Shown here: positions 9,357-18,167 of the stretch, piece by piece
Layout of the letters: every line of letters starts with the position of its first letter
How positions within the stretch are numbered: the stretch's first letter is position 1
From: Candidatus Latescibacterota bacterium
GTDB lineage: Bacteria; Latescibacterota; UBA2968; UBA8231
Assembly (NCBI GenBank): GCA_965219385.1
Contig: CBDCNM010000002.1
Location: forward strand, 2,860,305-2,924,304
Direction of reading: 5' to 3'
DNA: 64,000 bases
Program-made: the position numbers and the translations under genes
Notes under the pieces: generated by a model
The model's input: the letters and a program-made list of their open reading frames with translations, nothing else
What the model was told of the DNA's origin: nothing
Databases searched by the model: none

Positions 9357-10514
9357 TCACTTCTGTCTCTTCTCCCGGATCATGGCGCAAATCCGGTGCA
9401 GGCCCTCGCGGATGTTTTCCGCGGGTGAGGCTATGGAGATGCGGATGTGGTCGCTGCACATCTTGCCGAAGGTATTGCCCGGCGCCACGGCGACCTTTTT
9501 CTCCTCGAGCAGCTGGAGGGCAAAATCGCGTGAGTCCATGGCGGTGACGGAGATGTCTACCAGCAGGTAGAAGGCCCCGCCCGGCGAGTAGCGGTACAGG
9601 TCGTATTCGCGCAGCACCTCCAGGGCCACGTCGCGTCGGGTTTTGTATTCATCCCGCATGTCCCGAACCGCGTTCTGGGGACCCTCCAGAGCATCGGCCG
9701 CGGCCAACTGGGCAAAGCCGACCCCGCACGAGACAAAAGGTTCCTGCAGCTTGGTGGCCAGGTCCACGTAGGCGGCGCTGGCCCGGGTAAGGCCGACGCG
9801 GAACCCGGTCATGGCGTAGGCCTTGGACATGCCGCTGACGATCAAGGCGCGTTCGTCGGTGTCGCCGGCCAGGGCGCTGACGTGGTCCTGGTCGAAGACG
9901 ATTTCTCCGTAAATCTCGTCCGAGAGCACGTAGAGATCGTATCTTCTGGCAAAGTCCATCAGGTTGTGCATCACGTCCGCGTCGTAGACCTGGCCGGTGG
10001 GATTGGAGGGGGTGCAGATCAACAGCAGCTTGGTCCTGGGGGTGACCAGGCTGTCCAGGTTGTCCAGGTCGGGCAGGAACTGGTTTTCCGGGCGCAGGTC
10101 GTAAAAGACCGGGGTGGCGTGCAGCAGGGAGGTGGCCATGTGGTAGTTGGGCCAGCCCGGATCCGGCAGCAGGACTTCGTCGCCCGGCTCCAGCAGGGCC
10201 ATGAGACAGGTGGCCACGCTCATGACCGCTCCGGGGGTGACGAGGATGTTTTCGGCGCGGGTTTCCACTCCGGTCCGGCGTTCAAAGTAGCGGGCCGCCG
10301 CGGCCCGCAATTCCTTGACGCCGGCATTGGCCACGTACTTGGTATGGCCCTGGCGCACGTAGCGACAAGTGGCCTCGACGATGGGGGCCGGAGTGGGGAA
10401 GTCGGGTTGGCCGACCTCCAGGTGGATCACCCCTTCGAGCTCGGCCGACAGAGCCATGATTTCGCGGATGCCGGAACGGGGAATCTGCATGGGTACGCGG
10501 GCAAAAGGTTTCAT
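9357..10514 (-). CDS. Class I/II pyridoxal-phosphate aminotransferase (aspartate/aromatic type).
   Basis: SGMSKAYAMTGFRVG lysine motif. Canonical fold length (385 aa). Confidence 0.8.
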   Translation of the reverse strand: MKPFARVPMQIPRSGIREIMALSAELEGVIHLEVGQPDFPTPAPIVEATCRYVRQGHTKYVANAGVKELRAAAARYFERRTGVETRAENILVTPGAVMSVATCLMALLEPGDEVLLPDPGWPNYHMATSLLHATPVFYDLRPENQFLPDLDNLDSLVTPRTKLLLICTPSNPTGQVYDADVMHNLMDFARRYDLYVLSDEIYGEIVFDQDHVSALAGDTDERALIVSGMSKAYAMTGFRVGLTRASAAYVDLATKLQEPFVSCGVGFAQLAAADALEGPQNAVRDMRDEYKTRRDVALEVLREYDLYRYSPGGAFYLLVDISVTAMDSRDFALQLLEEKKVAVAPGNTFGKMCSDHIRISIASPAENIREGLHRICAMIREKRQK

Positions 10515-10522
10515 CGGCCCTC

Positions 10523-11320
10523 TCAGCGCAGGTGGATGCCCGGTCCGGTGGAACCGATCATCTGCACGGTGTTGTAGATCGAAGCCGGGGTGCTGGCTCC
10601 GGTGACGCCGGTGATGCCTTCAATGCGTTCGACCTCGAGCTCGAGGCCCGGTCCGGTGGCGTGGACCGCCACGCTGGCCTTGTCCCACTCGGGATTGACG
10701 ATCAGGAGGGAATGGGTCCGATCGAAGCCGATGCCGGCATAGGCGATGGCCGCGTGGGTATTGACGTTGCGGGGAAATATCGGACAGATGCCGCGGGTCG
10801 GACCGTCGTAGAGCACCTTTTCTCCGGTGATGCTGTCCGGATCAATGCCGGCGCGCTCGCAGTCCACGTTCTTGGGGGGTTTCTTCATGACCACGTGGAC
10901 CTCTTCCCAGACATCGCGGTTTTCCAGCAGCGCGTCCATGCCCACGACGCCGCCGTGGGGCACAAAGACGCGGGTGCCGTGCTGGTGGGTAACCTCCTTG
11001 AGCTTTTCCTCCATCCCCTCGTCGGCCAGGGCCGTCACCGAAATGAACATGTAGTTGGTTTTTTCCAGAATGGTGGTCCCCCACTGGCGGGTTACGTCCG
11101 GGTGGGCCATTTCGACCATCAGGTCGGGGCTTTTTTCCTCGAACCAGGCCAGATCCGCCAGGACCAATTCAGGGGGCAGACCAGCGAGACGCTCGGCTAT
11201 CTGGTCGTGGACGAAGACGACTTCCATGCCGTTGTCCGGGTCCTTGTCGATCATCTGATGGACGGCACCGCCGATCTGGCCGTAGCCGATCAGGCCGATG
11301 CGGGTGGTTTCCTGTGCCAT
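10523..11320 (-). CDS. Aspartate dehydrogenase-domain (NadX-like, DUF108) NAD(P) oxidoreductase.
   Basis: N-terminal Rossmann GLIGYGQIGG. KKPPKN and FPRNVNTHAAIAYAG blocks resemble Thermotoga NadX. GAGGAG RBS before the start. Confidence 0.6.
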   Translation of the reverse strand: MAQETTRIGLIGYGQIGGAVHQMIDKDPDNGMEVVFVHDQIAERLAGLPPELVLADLAWFEEKSPDLMVEMAHPDVTRQWGTTILEKTNYMFISVTALADEGMEEKLKEVTHQHGTRVFVPHGGVVGMDALLENRDVWEEVHVVMKKPPKNVDCERAGIDPDSITGEKVLYDGPTRGICPIFPRNVNTHAAIAYAGIGFDRTHSLLIVNPEWDKASVAVHATGPGLELEVERIEGITGVTGASTPASIYNTVQMIGSTGPGIHLR

Positions 11321-11400
11321 GGTGATACTCCTCGGATAGGGTGAATTTCGGAGAGGGAAATATAGGAAAAAACTCGCCGGATCCCAAGGCCCGGTAGTGC

Positions 11401-11436
11401 GGGGATTTATGGAACCAGCACTGTTAATCGAAGTAA
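11401..11436 (+). repeat. Right copy of the ~35-bp direct repeat (see 8416-8453).
   Basis: Same orientation as the left copy. Lies 80 bp upstream of the nadX-like start on the opposite strand. Confidence 0.5.
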
Positions 11437-11500
11437 CCTAGGCCAACAAAGCGGAACGGCTGTTGGTCTTGGAGCGTCCGCAGATCCTGCTCCATGACAA

Positions 11501-11604
11501 TCGGTACTTCACGAAATACCCGTATTTGGCCCTCAAGGCCGTGCGGGGATGTTGCCAGAGGCACAATCCCCGCACGGCCAACCGCCGATTCCGTGAAGTA
11601 CTGA
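11501..11604 (+). repeat. Short (104-bp) member of the MITE-like repeat family with both TIRs.
   Basis: tcggtacttcacgaaat ... atttccgtgaagtactga. Internal sequence matches both ends of the 245-bp copies. Confidence 0.65.
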
Positions 11605-11701
11605 CAATCTCAGTGAGCAAGATATCCGCGAACATGTCAAACGACGCAAAGCGCGGTGAACAGGGACGACGAGCGCGGGCGGGCTTTGACCGCCGGTAAA
11701 A

Positions 11702-12661
11702 TCAGTCGGCTTTTTTTGTTTGGTCCCGGTTCCCAGGGCTGGATACTTTGCACACCCAGATGCTGATTTCGTAGAGCACCAGAAGAGGCAGGGCCATCAT
11801 GATCTGGGAGATGGGGTCAGGTGGGGTGAAGACAGCGGCCAGGACAAAGACGGCGACCAGGGCATAGCGCCGGACGCGGCGCAGGTAATCTGCGGTCAGC
11901 ACGCCGATGCGGGAGAGGAAGAAGGTCAGCACCGGCATCTCGAAGACCAGGCCAAACCCCAGGATGAGCCGGAGCACAAAGCTGACGTACTCACCCAGGG
12001 CCCAGCGCGCGGCGGTGTTCGGCGGCTCGAGAGCCAGAAAAAAGTGCAGACCCAAAGGCAAGACGATCGAATAGGCGACCAGGGCGCCCACCGCAAAACA
12101 CAGCACACTCAGACCCACAATCGGTAACATCAGGCGCTTCTCCCGGGACAGCAGGCCCGGGGCCACAAACTGCCAGAGCTGATAGAAGATCACGGGCAGG
12201 GCCAGGACCAGACCGCCCAGCAGAGCGATCTGCAAGGGGACGAAGAAGGTCGTCATCACCTTGAGCGCCTGGAGCTGGCGCCCCTCGGGCAGAGATTCAG
12301 TCTGGATCGGAGCGCTCTTTTCGACCTCTCCGATCAAGGCCCCGACCGACCTCTGGATAGCCCCCAAAACCCCCGAAGAGTGGGTGGTATCCAGACGCCG
12401 GACCGCGTCTTCATAGGGGACGGTCAGTAGCTTCACCAGCTCGTCGGAGTAAATATAGCAGATCGCGGCGCCGACGAGGACGGCGGCCAGGGATTTGAGG
12501 AGGCGCCAGCGCAATTCTTCGAGGTGGTCGAGAAAAGACATGCGGGTCCCCTCTTCTTCCAGGGCCTCTTCCGGGGATGAGGAGGTTTGCTCTTCCCGGC
12601 GCGGTTCCGGCGGCAGGATCTGGGGATCTGCGGGTGGGTTCTGTGAGGATTCGTCTGTCAT
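11702..12661 (-). CDS. tatC: Twin-arginine translocase subunit TatC (with a ~40-aa acidic/Pro-rich N-terminal extension).
   Basis: MSFLDHLEELRWRLLKSL... is the canonical TatC N-terminus; multiple TM segments. ATG at 12661 directly follows the lnt stop. Confidence 0.8.
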   Translation of the reverse strand: MTDESSQNPPADPQILPPEPRREEQTSSSPEEALEEEGTRMSFLDHLEELRWRLLKSLAAVLVGAAICYIYSDELVKLLTVPYEDAVRRLDTTHSSGVLGAIQRSVGALIGEVEKSAPIQTESLPEGRQLQALKVMTTFFVPLQIALLGGLVLALPVIFYQLWQFVAPGLLSREKRLMLPIVGLSVLCFAVGALVAYSIVLPLGLHFFLALEPPNTAARWALGEYVSFVLRLILGFGLVFEMPVLTFFLSRIGVLTADYLRRVRRYALVAVFVLAAVFTPPDPISQIMMALPLLVLYEISIWVCKVSSPGNRDQTKKAD

Positions 12662-14268
12662 GGGCTCAACTTTTTGGTTCGGGCGCCCCAAAGAGCAACC
12701 CCGGTCAGACACAGGGCGGCCAGCAGGGCGACCCGGGCGAAGATATCGCCGTGGCGGGTGTAGAAGGTGCGGTCCGGCCCGACCGGCAACTCGTGGACGC
12801 GCACCGCCGGCTCGAAGATATCCGTGGCCTGAAAGGTGCGTCCAAAGGGATCTATGAATACGGAAATTCCGCTGGTGGCGCAACGGGCTATGGAGATGCG
12901 GTTTTCGACCGCGCGCAGGATGGCCAGCTGGGCATGCTGATACGGACCGGCGGTCTCGCCGAACCAGGAATCGTTGGTGATATTGACCAGTAATTGCGCT
13001 CCGGTTTCGACGCTGTGCCGCACCAGATCCGGAAAGACGGATTCAAAGCATATCAGCGCGGCAAAATCCGCCTGTGGATGCGCGAAGAGGGTGTGCTCCG
13101 TGCCCGGGGCGAATTCGGCTGGTCCCAGATCGCCGGTGAGGGCCTTCCAGTCGATGTCGCGCAACAGCGGGATGCTGTCTCGGTAAGGGGTGCGTTCGCC
13201 AAAGGGAACCAGATGCATTTTGGCATAGGATTGCGGTTCCGGGTGATGGGGCCTGAAGAAGAAGGCGGAATTGTAGGGTTCGCCCCGGGCCTGGTCGTAG
13301 TCCGAAGCGCCGGTGAGGAGGGGGACCTGCAGGTCTTCCACCAGTTGCTCGACTCGACTCCTGCAGGCAGGGCGCAAGCGCAAGTAACAGGGTAGGGCGG
13401 TCTCGGGCCAGACCAGGAGGGCCGGTTCCTGGTCCACGGCCCGGCGCGAAAGCTCTTCGAGGGTGGTGAAGCTGCGTTCAAGCCCCCTGGCCCCCCACTT
13501 TTCTCGCAGGCTCAGGTTGGGCTGAACCACGGCTACGCGAATGCTTGCGCCGCTGTCCGCCGTGGCTGGAATGGTCGCGCGGCCGTAGAGATAAGGAACC
13601 AGCAGTCCCAGGCCCAGCAAGCCCAAGGCGGCCAGCCGCTGCCGCTGCTCAGAGGCCGTCAGCACCCATAGAGCCAGTACATTCAGCAACACAATCCAGC
13701 ACGAAATGCCGTACACGCCGGTAAATGCCGCGTATTGAATCAGCGCCGGGAAAGCGGCCTGGCTATGTCCCAGCAGCAGCCATGGGAAACCCAGTTCGCC
13801 CAGGGACAGCAGGTATTCCTGGGCGGTCCACAGGATGGGTGCGGCCCCCACGGCCCCCTGCCCCCACTGGCCTTGAAGCAGGTTCTGGACTCCGGCGAAG
13901 ACGCCGATAAAAAGGCCCAGATAGGCCGCCATCAGAAAAGCGCCGCCTACCACGGCCGGCCCGCCACCCTGAGTGTGCGCCACCCAGTATAAACTCGATA
14001 GGTTGAAAACAAAGCCCGCGAGCCAGCCGCGGTGGAACCCCTCCTTGAAGGAGCCTCCCGGCAAGGCCAGCAACAAAGGGATCAGCGCCACGCAGGTCCA
14101 GCCGCCGTGGAAGAGAAAGGCCAGTGGATGGTGGGGGTGGCAGGGAAAGGCAAGCGCCAGCAGGGCGCCCGAAATAAGGGGGAGAGTCCAGTGATACAGT
14201 CTGGTCTGAACCGAAGACAGAGGGGGCATGACGCGGGGGAATATAGTCCAGGCCGGGGGGCCGGGCAA
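12658..14268 (-). CDS. lnt: Apolipoprotein N-acyltransferase (Lnt). N-terminal polytopic membrane region plus CN-hydrolase domain.
   Basis: Hydrophobic N-terminal half, then RVAVVQPN...WPE...LICFE nitrilase-superfamily signature. Exact start uncertain. Confidence 0.8.
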   Translation of the reverse strand: MPGPPAWTIFPRVMPPLSSVQTRLYHWTLPLISGALLALAFPCHPHHPLAFLFHGGWTCVALIPLLLALPGGSFKEGFHRGWLAGFVFNLSSLYWVAHTQGGGPAVVGGAFLMAAYLGLFIGVFAGVQNLLQGQWGQGAVGAAPILWTAQEYLLSLGELGFPWLLLGHSQAAFPALIQYAAFTGVYGISCWIVLLNVLALWVLTASEQRQRLAALGLLGLGLLVPYLYGRATIPATADSGASIRVAVVQPNLSLREKWGARGLERSFTTLEELSRRAVDQEPALLVWPETALPCYLRLRPACRSRVEQLVEDLQVPLLTGASDYDQARGEPYNSAFFFRPHHPEPQSYAKMHLVPFGERTPYRDSIPLLRDIDWKALTGDLGPAEFAPGTEHTLFAHPQADFAALICFESVFPDLVRHSVETGAQLLVNITNDSWFGETAGPYQHAQLAILRAVENRISIARCATSGISVFIDPFGRTFQATDIFEPAVRVHELPVGPDRTFYTRHGDIFARVALLAALCLTGVALWGARTKKLSP

Positions 14269-14421
14269 GAAGGGGTGGTACGGAATATGCTGTCAATGGG
14301 GCGATGCTGCGGCGTAAGACAGCTTCTAAGGGAGAGATTATACAGGAGTGCGTCTGTGCTGTTCGGCACGAAAAGGTGACAGGTATGTTTCGCTTACTAC
14401 ACACTCGGAGGTTATGTCGTT

Positions 14422-15162
14422 GTGCATAGGCACTTAAAATTGAAAGGAGACGGCCGCCCGCGAATCGCCGGACCTATTTTGCGTGAACAAATCTCCCCCA
14501 TGGAGGGGATCGCTCCAATAGACTTGCCGCGTGAGCGCCTGGCACGCCATGGAGTCGAGGCCTTGAAGGATTTCGAGTTGCTGGCTATCGTGCTGGGGAC
14601 CGGGTACCGGGGTCGCAATGTCCTGGAGGTTGCACAGGCTATTCTCAAGGACCACCCCAAAGAGGAGTTGATGGAGATGGGCCTGGAACGCTTGAGCCAC
14701 CTCAAGGGCCTGGGGAAGGCCAAGGCCAGCGTACTGGTGGCGGCCTTCGAACTGACCCGGCGTGGCCTGCAGCAGGGAATGGGTGTTTTGCCGACCATCT
14801 CCACTCCGGCAGAGGCCGTGGCCTTGCTGACCGAGATCAAGGACCAGCGCAAGGAGTACTTTCTCTGTCTGTATCTGAATGCGCGCAATCAGGTGATCCA
14901 CAAAGAGGTGATTTCGATCGGCAGCCTGTCGGCGTCGATCGTGCATCCGCGCGAGGTCTTTCAGGTAGCTGTACATCATTCTGCCGCCGGTATCATTCTG
15001 GCGCACAACCACCCTTCGGGGGATGTATCGCCGAGCAAGGACGATATTGAATTGAGCGGCCGTCTGGTAAAGGCCGGAGAGATAATGGGCATTGAGGTGC
15101 TGGACCACATCATCATCAGCACAGTGGAATTCCTGAGTTTGAAGGAACGGGGTCTGATGTAA
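14422..15162 (+). CDS. radC: RadC-family JAB/MPN-domain protein (UPF0758).
   Basis: HNHPSGDVSPSKDD JAMM motif; helix-hairpin-helix N-terminal part. GTG start at 14422; an alternative ATG at 14500. Confidence 0.75.
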   Translation: MHRHLKLKGDGRPRIAGPILREQISPMEGIAPIDLPRERLARHGVEALKDFELLAIVLGTGYRGRNVLEVAQAILKDHPKEELMEMGLERLSHLKGLGKAKASVLVAAFELTRRGLQQGMGVLPTISTPAEAVALLTEIKDQRKEYFLCLYLNARNQVIHKEVISIGSLSASIVHPREVFQVAVHHSAAGIILAHNHPSGDVSPSKDDIELSGRLVKAGEIMGIEVLDHIIISTVEFLSLKERGLM

Positions 15163-15322
15163 AAGTAAAGGGGGGCGGCGGATTTTACAGATTGATAAAA
15201 TTGTATGTTGAGCTTGATTATTGTCTGAGAAGAAGTATATTTGAGGGGTAAGTGATGCTCGCTCTTCCAATTTGTTGGTCGTGGTCGACCATGGCCAATG
15301 GTTAGATGTGTGGGGGACGTTT

Positions 15323-15997
15323 ATGGAACTTGATAATGAAAATCTTAAAAATGAAGATTTGATTCCGGTTCGGATCCTCGGCATCTATCCTTATGGAGAC
15401 CCAAACGATCCCAGACAGCTCCTCGAGGGTTTTCTGGTGTTTCTGAAGGGGCGGGAGGACAAGGTCGTACCCATTTCTATCGGACGTTTTGAGGGGCAGG
15501 CCCTGGCCCTGGCCCTGCGCAAGGTGCCTTCGTCCAGACCTTTGCCTTACGATCTGCTCAAGGACTTGCTGGAAAAGATGAACGGCGAAGTAAAGCAGCT
15601 TGTGATTCACACCTTGAAGAAGAGGGTCTTCCACGCCTATTTACTCATACAGGCTCAGGAGCGGGAGTTGATGCTGGATTGTCGTCCCAGCGATGGCATG
15701 ATCCTGGCGACCCTGACGGGGGTGTCCATCTACATAAGTCCACAAATCGTGGAAGAAGCTGGTCGGGAGCTGAACGGGCTGCTCGAAAATTCCGATTTAT
15801 CCGAAGAGTCCCTGCTGCTCGAAAGCGATGATGACCCGCTGGCCGGGTTGCGAGAAGCCGAGCCCCAGGAAGAGGAGGAGATGAGCGAACTGGACAAGCT
15901 CAAGGCCCAGCTCAACCAGCTCGTCGCCGAAGAAGCCTACGAAGAGGCGGCCAAGGTCAGGGATTTGATCAGCCGGATGGTGAGGCAAAGTACTTAG
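15323..15997 (+). CDS. Bifunctional nuclease (DUF151) domain protein with C-terminal UVR motif.
   Basis: LIPVRILGI...HTLKKRVFHAYL BFN core. C-terminal ELDKLKAQLNQLVAEEAYEEAAKVRDLI UvrB/C-type motif. Start ATG 15323 chosen over the track's upstream extension. Confidence 0.7.
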   Translation: MELDNENLKNEDLIPVRILGIYPYGDPNDPRQLLEGFLVFLKGREDKVVPISIGRFEGQALALALRKVPSSRPLPYDLLKDLLEKMNGEVKQLVIHTLKKRVFHAYLLIQAQERELMLDCRPSDGMILATLTGVSIYISPQIVEEAGRELNGLLENSDLSEESLLLESDDDPLAGLREAEPQEEEEMSELDKLKAQLNQLVAEEAYEEAAKVRDLISRMVRQST

Positions 15998-16924
15998 AAG
16001 CCGTTTTAAAACCCCTGTGGTTATGCGAGTCGTTTGAGCAACAGATGGGTCATCGCAATGTAAATGAGGGCTTCGCTATTCCGTGTCAAGACTTCATAAT
16101 CCTTCGAGAGACGGCGAAAATTCAACAACCAAGCAAAGGTGCGTTCAACCACCCATCGCCATTTCATCACCTGAAATCCCGGGCCTTCTCGTTCGACCAC
16201 TTCCAAGTCAATTTTGTGGGTTCGCTTCAAACGGGCAACCCACTCTTTCAAGGTCTCACCCGAGTAGCCGCCGTCGCCCCACAGCTTGCCAAGCCGCGTC
16301 CAGCCAGCGGCCCAATAGCGTTTGAGTAACTCCATCAGCCCGTCCCGATCCGCCAAGTCGCCTGCCGATACAAACGCAGAGAGGATCAACCCCAGCGTAT
16401 CGACAAGGAGATGGCGCTTGCGGCCATTGACCTTCTTGCCAGCATCGTACCCTTTTACTTTACCTTGTGTTGCGGTCTTGATGCTTTGAGCGTCTATACT
16501 GCCTGCTGAAGCGGCGGGCTTGCGACCTTGACGACGTCGCTCCCTTCTTGAGAGGGCCTGATGGATCTGCTGGAAGAGGCCTTCTTCGCTCCAGGTGTTG
16601 AAATACCTCTACACGGTTTGCCAGCATCCATACTCTTTGGGCCGCATCCGCCATGGGCATCCCGTCTTGGTCAGATACACAATGCCGTTGAACACTTGGC
16701 GCAGATTGACGGGTGGGCGACCCGGACCGCCCGGATGCCATTTGCGTTTGGGCCGCAGCGTCAGGAGAAGTTGCCATTGCGCTTCGATCAAATCTGTCGG
16801 ATATTGCCTTTGCGTATTCATCCTTATCCTTTCGTTTCAGGTGGTTTTGGACAACCTGAATTTGGATAGATGAATACGCACTTTCCACTTTTTTCTCTAC
16901 TCCTCTACCTTTTTAAAACAGCTT
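15998..16924 (-). mobile_element. IS5-family (IS1031/IS427-group-like) element, 927 bp. TIR AAGC(C/T)GTTTTAAAA, flanked by CTTAG.
   Basis: aagccgttttaaaa at 15998-16011 and ttttaaaacagctt at 16911-16924. CTTAG at 15993-15997 (includes the BFN gene stop codon TAG) and at 16925-16929. Confidence 0.7.
16021..16821 (-). pseudogene. IS5-family transposase (267 codons) interrupted by one in-frame amber codon.
   Basis: A single frame encodes MNTQRQYPTDLIEAQWQ...GCPWRMRPKEYGCWQTV-TAG-RYFNTWSEEGLFQQIHQAL...GYDAGKKVNGRKRHLLVDTLGLILSAFV...FAWLLNFRRLSKDYE. The TAG at 16609-16611 sits where family members have Tyr (WQTVYRYF). No frameshift is needed. Confidence 0.7.
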
Positions 16925-16952
16925 CTTAGGCCGTTTTTGGTCGCAACGCGAT

Positions 16953-16990
16953 GAGCCCCTTCGAAGTAACTCGAAGGGGCTCATTTTTTA
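16953..16990 (+). terminator. Rho-independent terminator (12-bp perfect stem GAGCCCCTTCGA / TCGAAGGGGCTC, loop AGTAAC, then ATTTTTTA).
   Basis: Seen directly in sequence. It lies immediately downstream of the IS5-like insertion and was probably the original terminator of the BFN gene (and/or the convergent sodC). Confidence 0.7.
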
Positions 16991-17000
16991 TGGGCTGGAG

Positions 17001-18167
17001 CTAAGTACACGACAGTAAGCTAAGTGGTGGTACGGCCCTGATTTAGGTTTATTTGTAATCGGTCCAACTACCAATAAAGTGGCTAAACCCAGGAGCCGCA
17101 CCATGCTTATTCATACGCTCAAAAAAGCACTTACGCAAGGGCGCGTCCCCCTTACGCGCCACCGTATCGAACTCGTCAGTCGGTTCGTGTGTGCGCTGAT
17201 GCAAGTGCGTTCGGTCAATATGAAAAAACTCGCGTGTAGTCTGTCGGGGCTGGCTAACGTTGAAAGTCAGTATCGTCGCCTTCAGCGTTTTTTTAGCAGC
17301 GCGGTCTCCCCGGCGGTGTTTACCGAGTTGATCGTCTCCAAGTTGGTTGGCCCCGGCCAGCCCCAGGTGTTAGTCATGGATCGTACCCATTGGAAGTTGG
17401 GTCGCACCGATCTGAATGTGTTGTGTGTAGGCTTGGTTGATCAAGGCGGGTCTATTCCGTTGGTCTATCAGTCGTTGCAAAAGCCGGGCAATTCCAACAC
17501 CGACGAACGCAAGGCGCTGCGGACCAAGGTGTGGTCCTACCTCGATCCGGGCGCGTGCTGTCTGGTCGCCGAGCGCGAATTTATCGGTCGAGACGGGTTT
17601 GCTTTTCGGTTGAAGCAGCCGGTCGATTTTGTCCTCCGCCGGCGCGGTAATACATCGCTTACCCTCGACGATGGTCGGCGGCGCTATGCGGCCACCTTCA
17701 ATGCACGCATGCCCCGAGGCACCACCCGATACGATCCACACACGACACTTGATGACGGGCTGAGCTTGAATGTGGTGGGTCACCGTCCCACCCACGGCCA
17801 ACGCATCCTGCGGATCACCCATCGAACCGACCTCCAACAGGTGCTTGATTTATATGGCCAGCGCGGGGCTATCGAGACGGCATTTGCTTGTTTGAAATCG
17901 AGGGGCTTTACCCTCGAAGATACCCATTTGACCCCTCCCCAACGCTTGCACTTGCTGCTGGGATTACTGGCGTGGACGCTCCTGGGGGCACTACTGGTAG
18001 GACCGCAGCTACATCAAAGAAAACCCATCCTCCTAAAAAAACATGGACGAAGAGCCATAAGCCTCTTTCGAAAAGGATTAGACCCACTCACACAGATCAT
18101 ACACCAAGCACGAGACCAACCTAAAATCACCCGACAATATCAACCCATTTTACTGTCGTGTACTTAG
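17001..18167 (+). mobile_element. IS4-family-like element, 1167 bp. Perfect 18-bp TIRs CTAAGTACACGACAGTAA / TTACTGTCGTGTACTTAG; inferred 9-bp TSD GGGCTGGAG.
   Basis: TIRs at 17001-17018 and 18150-18167. GGGCTGGAG at 16992-17000 and again at 21148-21156, beyond the later nested insertions. Confidence 0.7.
17103..18167 (+). CDS. IS4-family DDE transposase (354 aa). Its stop codon TAG is the last 3 nt of the right TIR.
   Basis: MLIHTLKKALTQGRVPL...LVMDRTHWKLGRTDLNVL...LVDQGGSIPL, typical of IS4-type (DDE_Tnp_1) transposases. AGGAG RBS before ATG 17103. Confidence 0.65.
   Translation: MLIHTLKKALTQGRVPLTRHRIELVSRFVCALMQVRSVNMKKLACSLSGLANVESQYRRLQRFFSSAVSPAVFTELIVSKLVGPGQPQVLVMDRTHWKLGRTDLNVLCVGLVDQGGSIPLVYQSLQKPGNSNTDERKALRTKVWSYLDPGACCLVAEREFIGRDGFAFRLKQPVDFVLRRRGNTSLTLDDGRRRYAATFNARMPRGTTRYDPHTTLDDGLSLNVVGHRPTHGQRILRITHRTDLQQVLDLYGQRGAIETAFACLKSRGFTLEDTHLTPPQRLHLLLGLLAWTLLGALLVGPQLHQRKPILLKKHGRRAISLFRKGLDPLTQIIHQARDQPKITRQYQPILLSCT

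Noticed and set aside
16460-16888. A 142-aa ORF and a separate 70-aa orfA suggesting a two-ORF frameshifted IS5 transposase.
   Set aside because: A single frame encodes the whole transposase once the amber codon at 16609 is allowed. The 142-aa ORF is an out-of-frame overlap.
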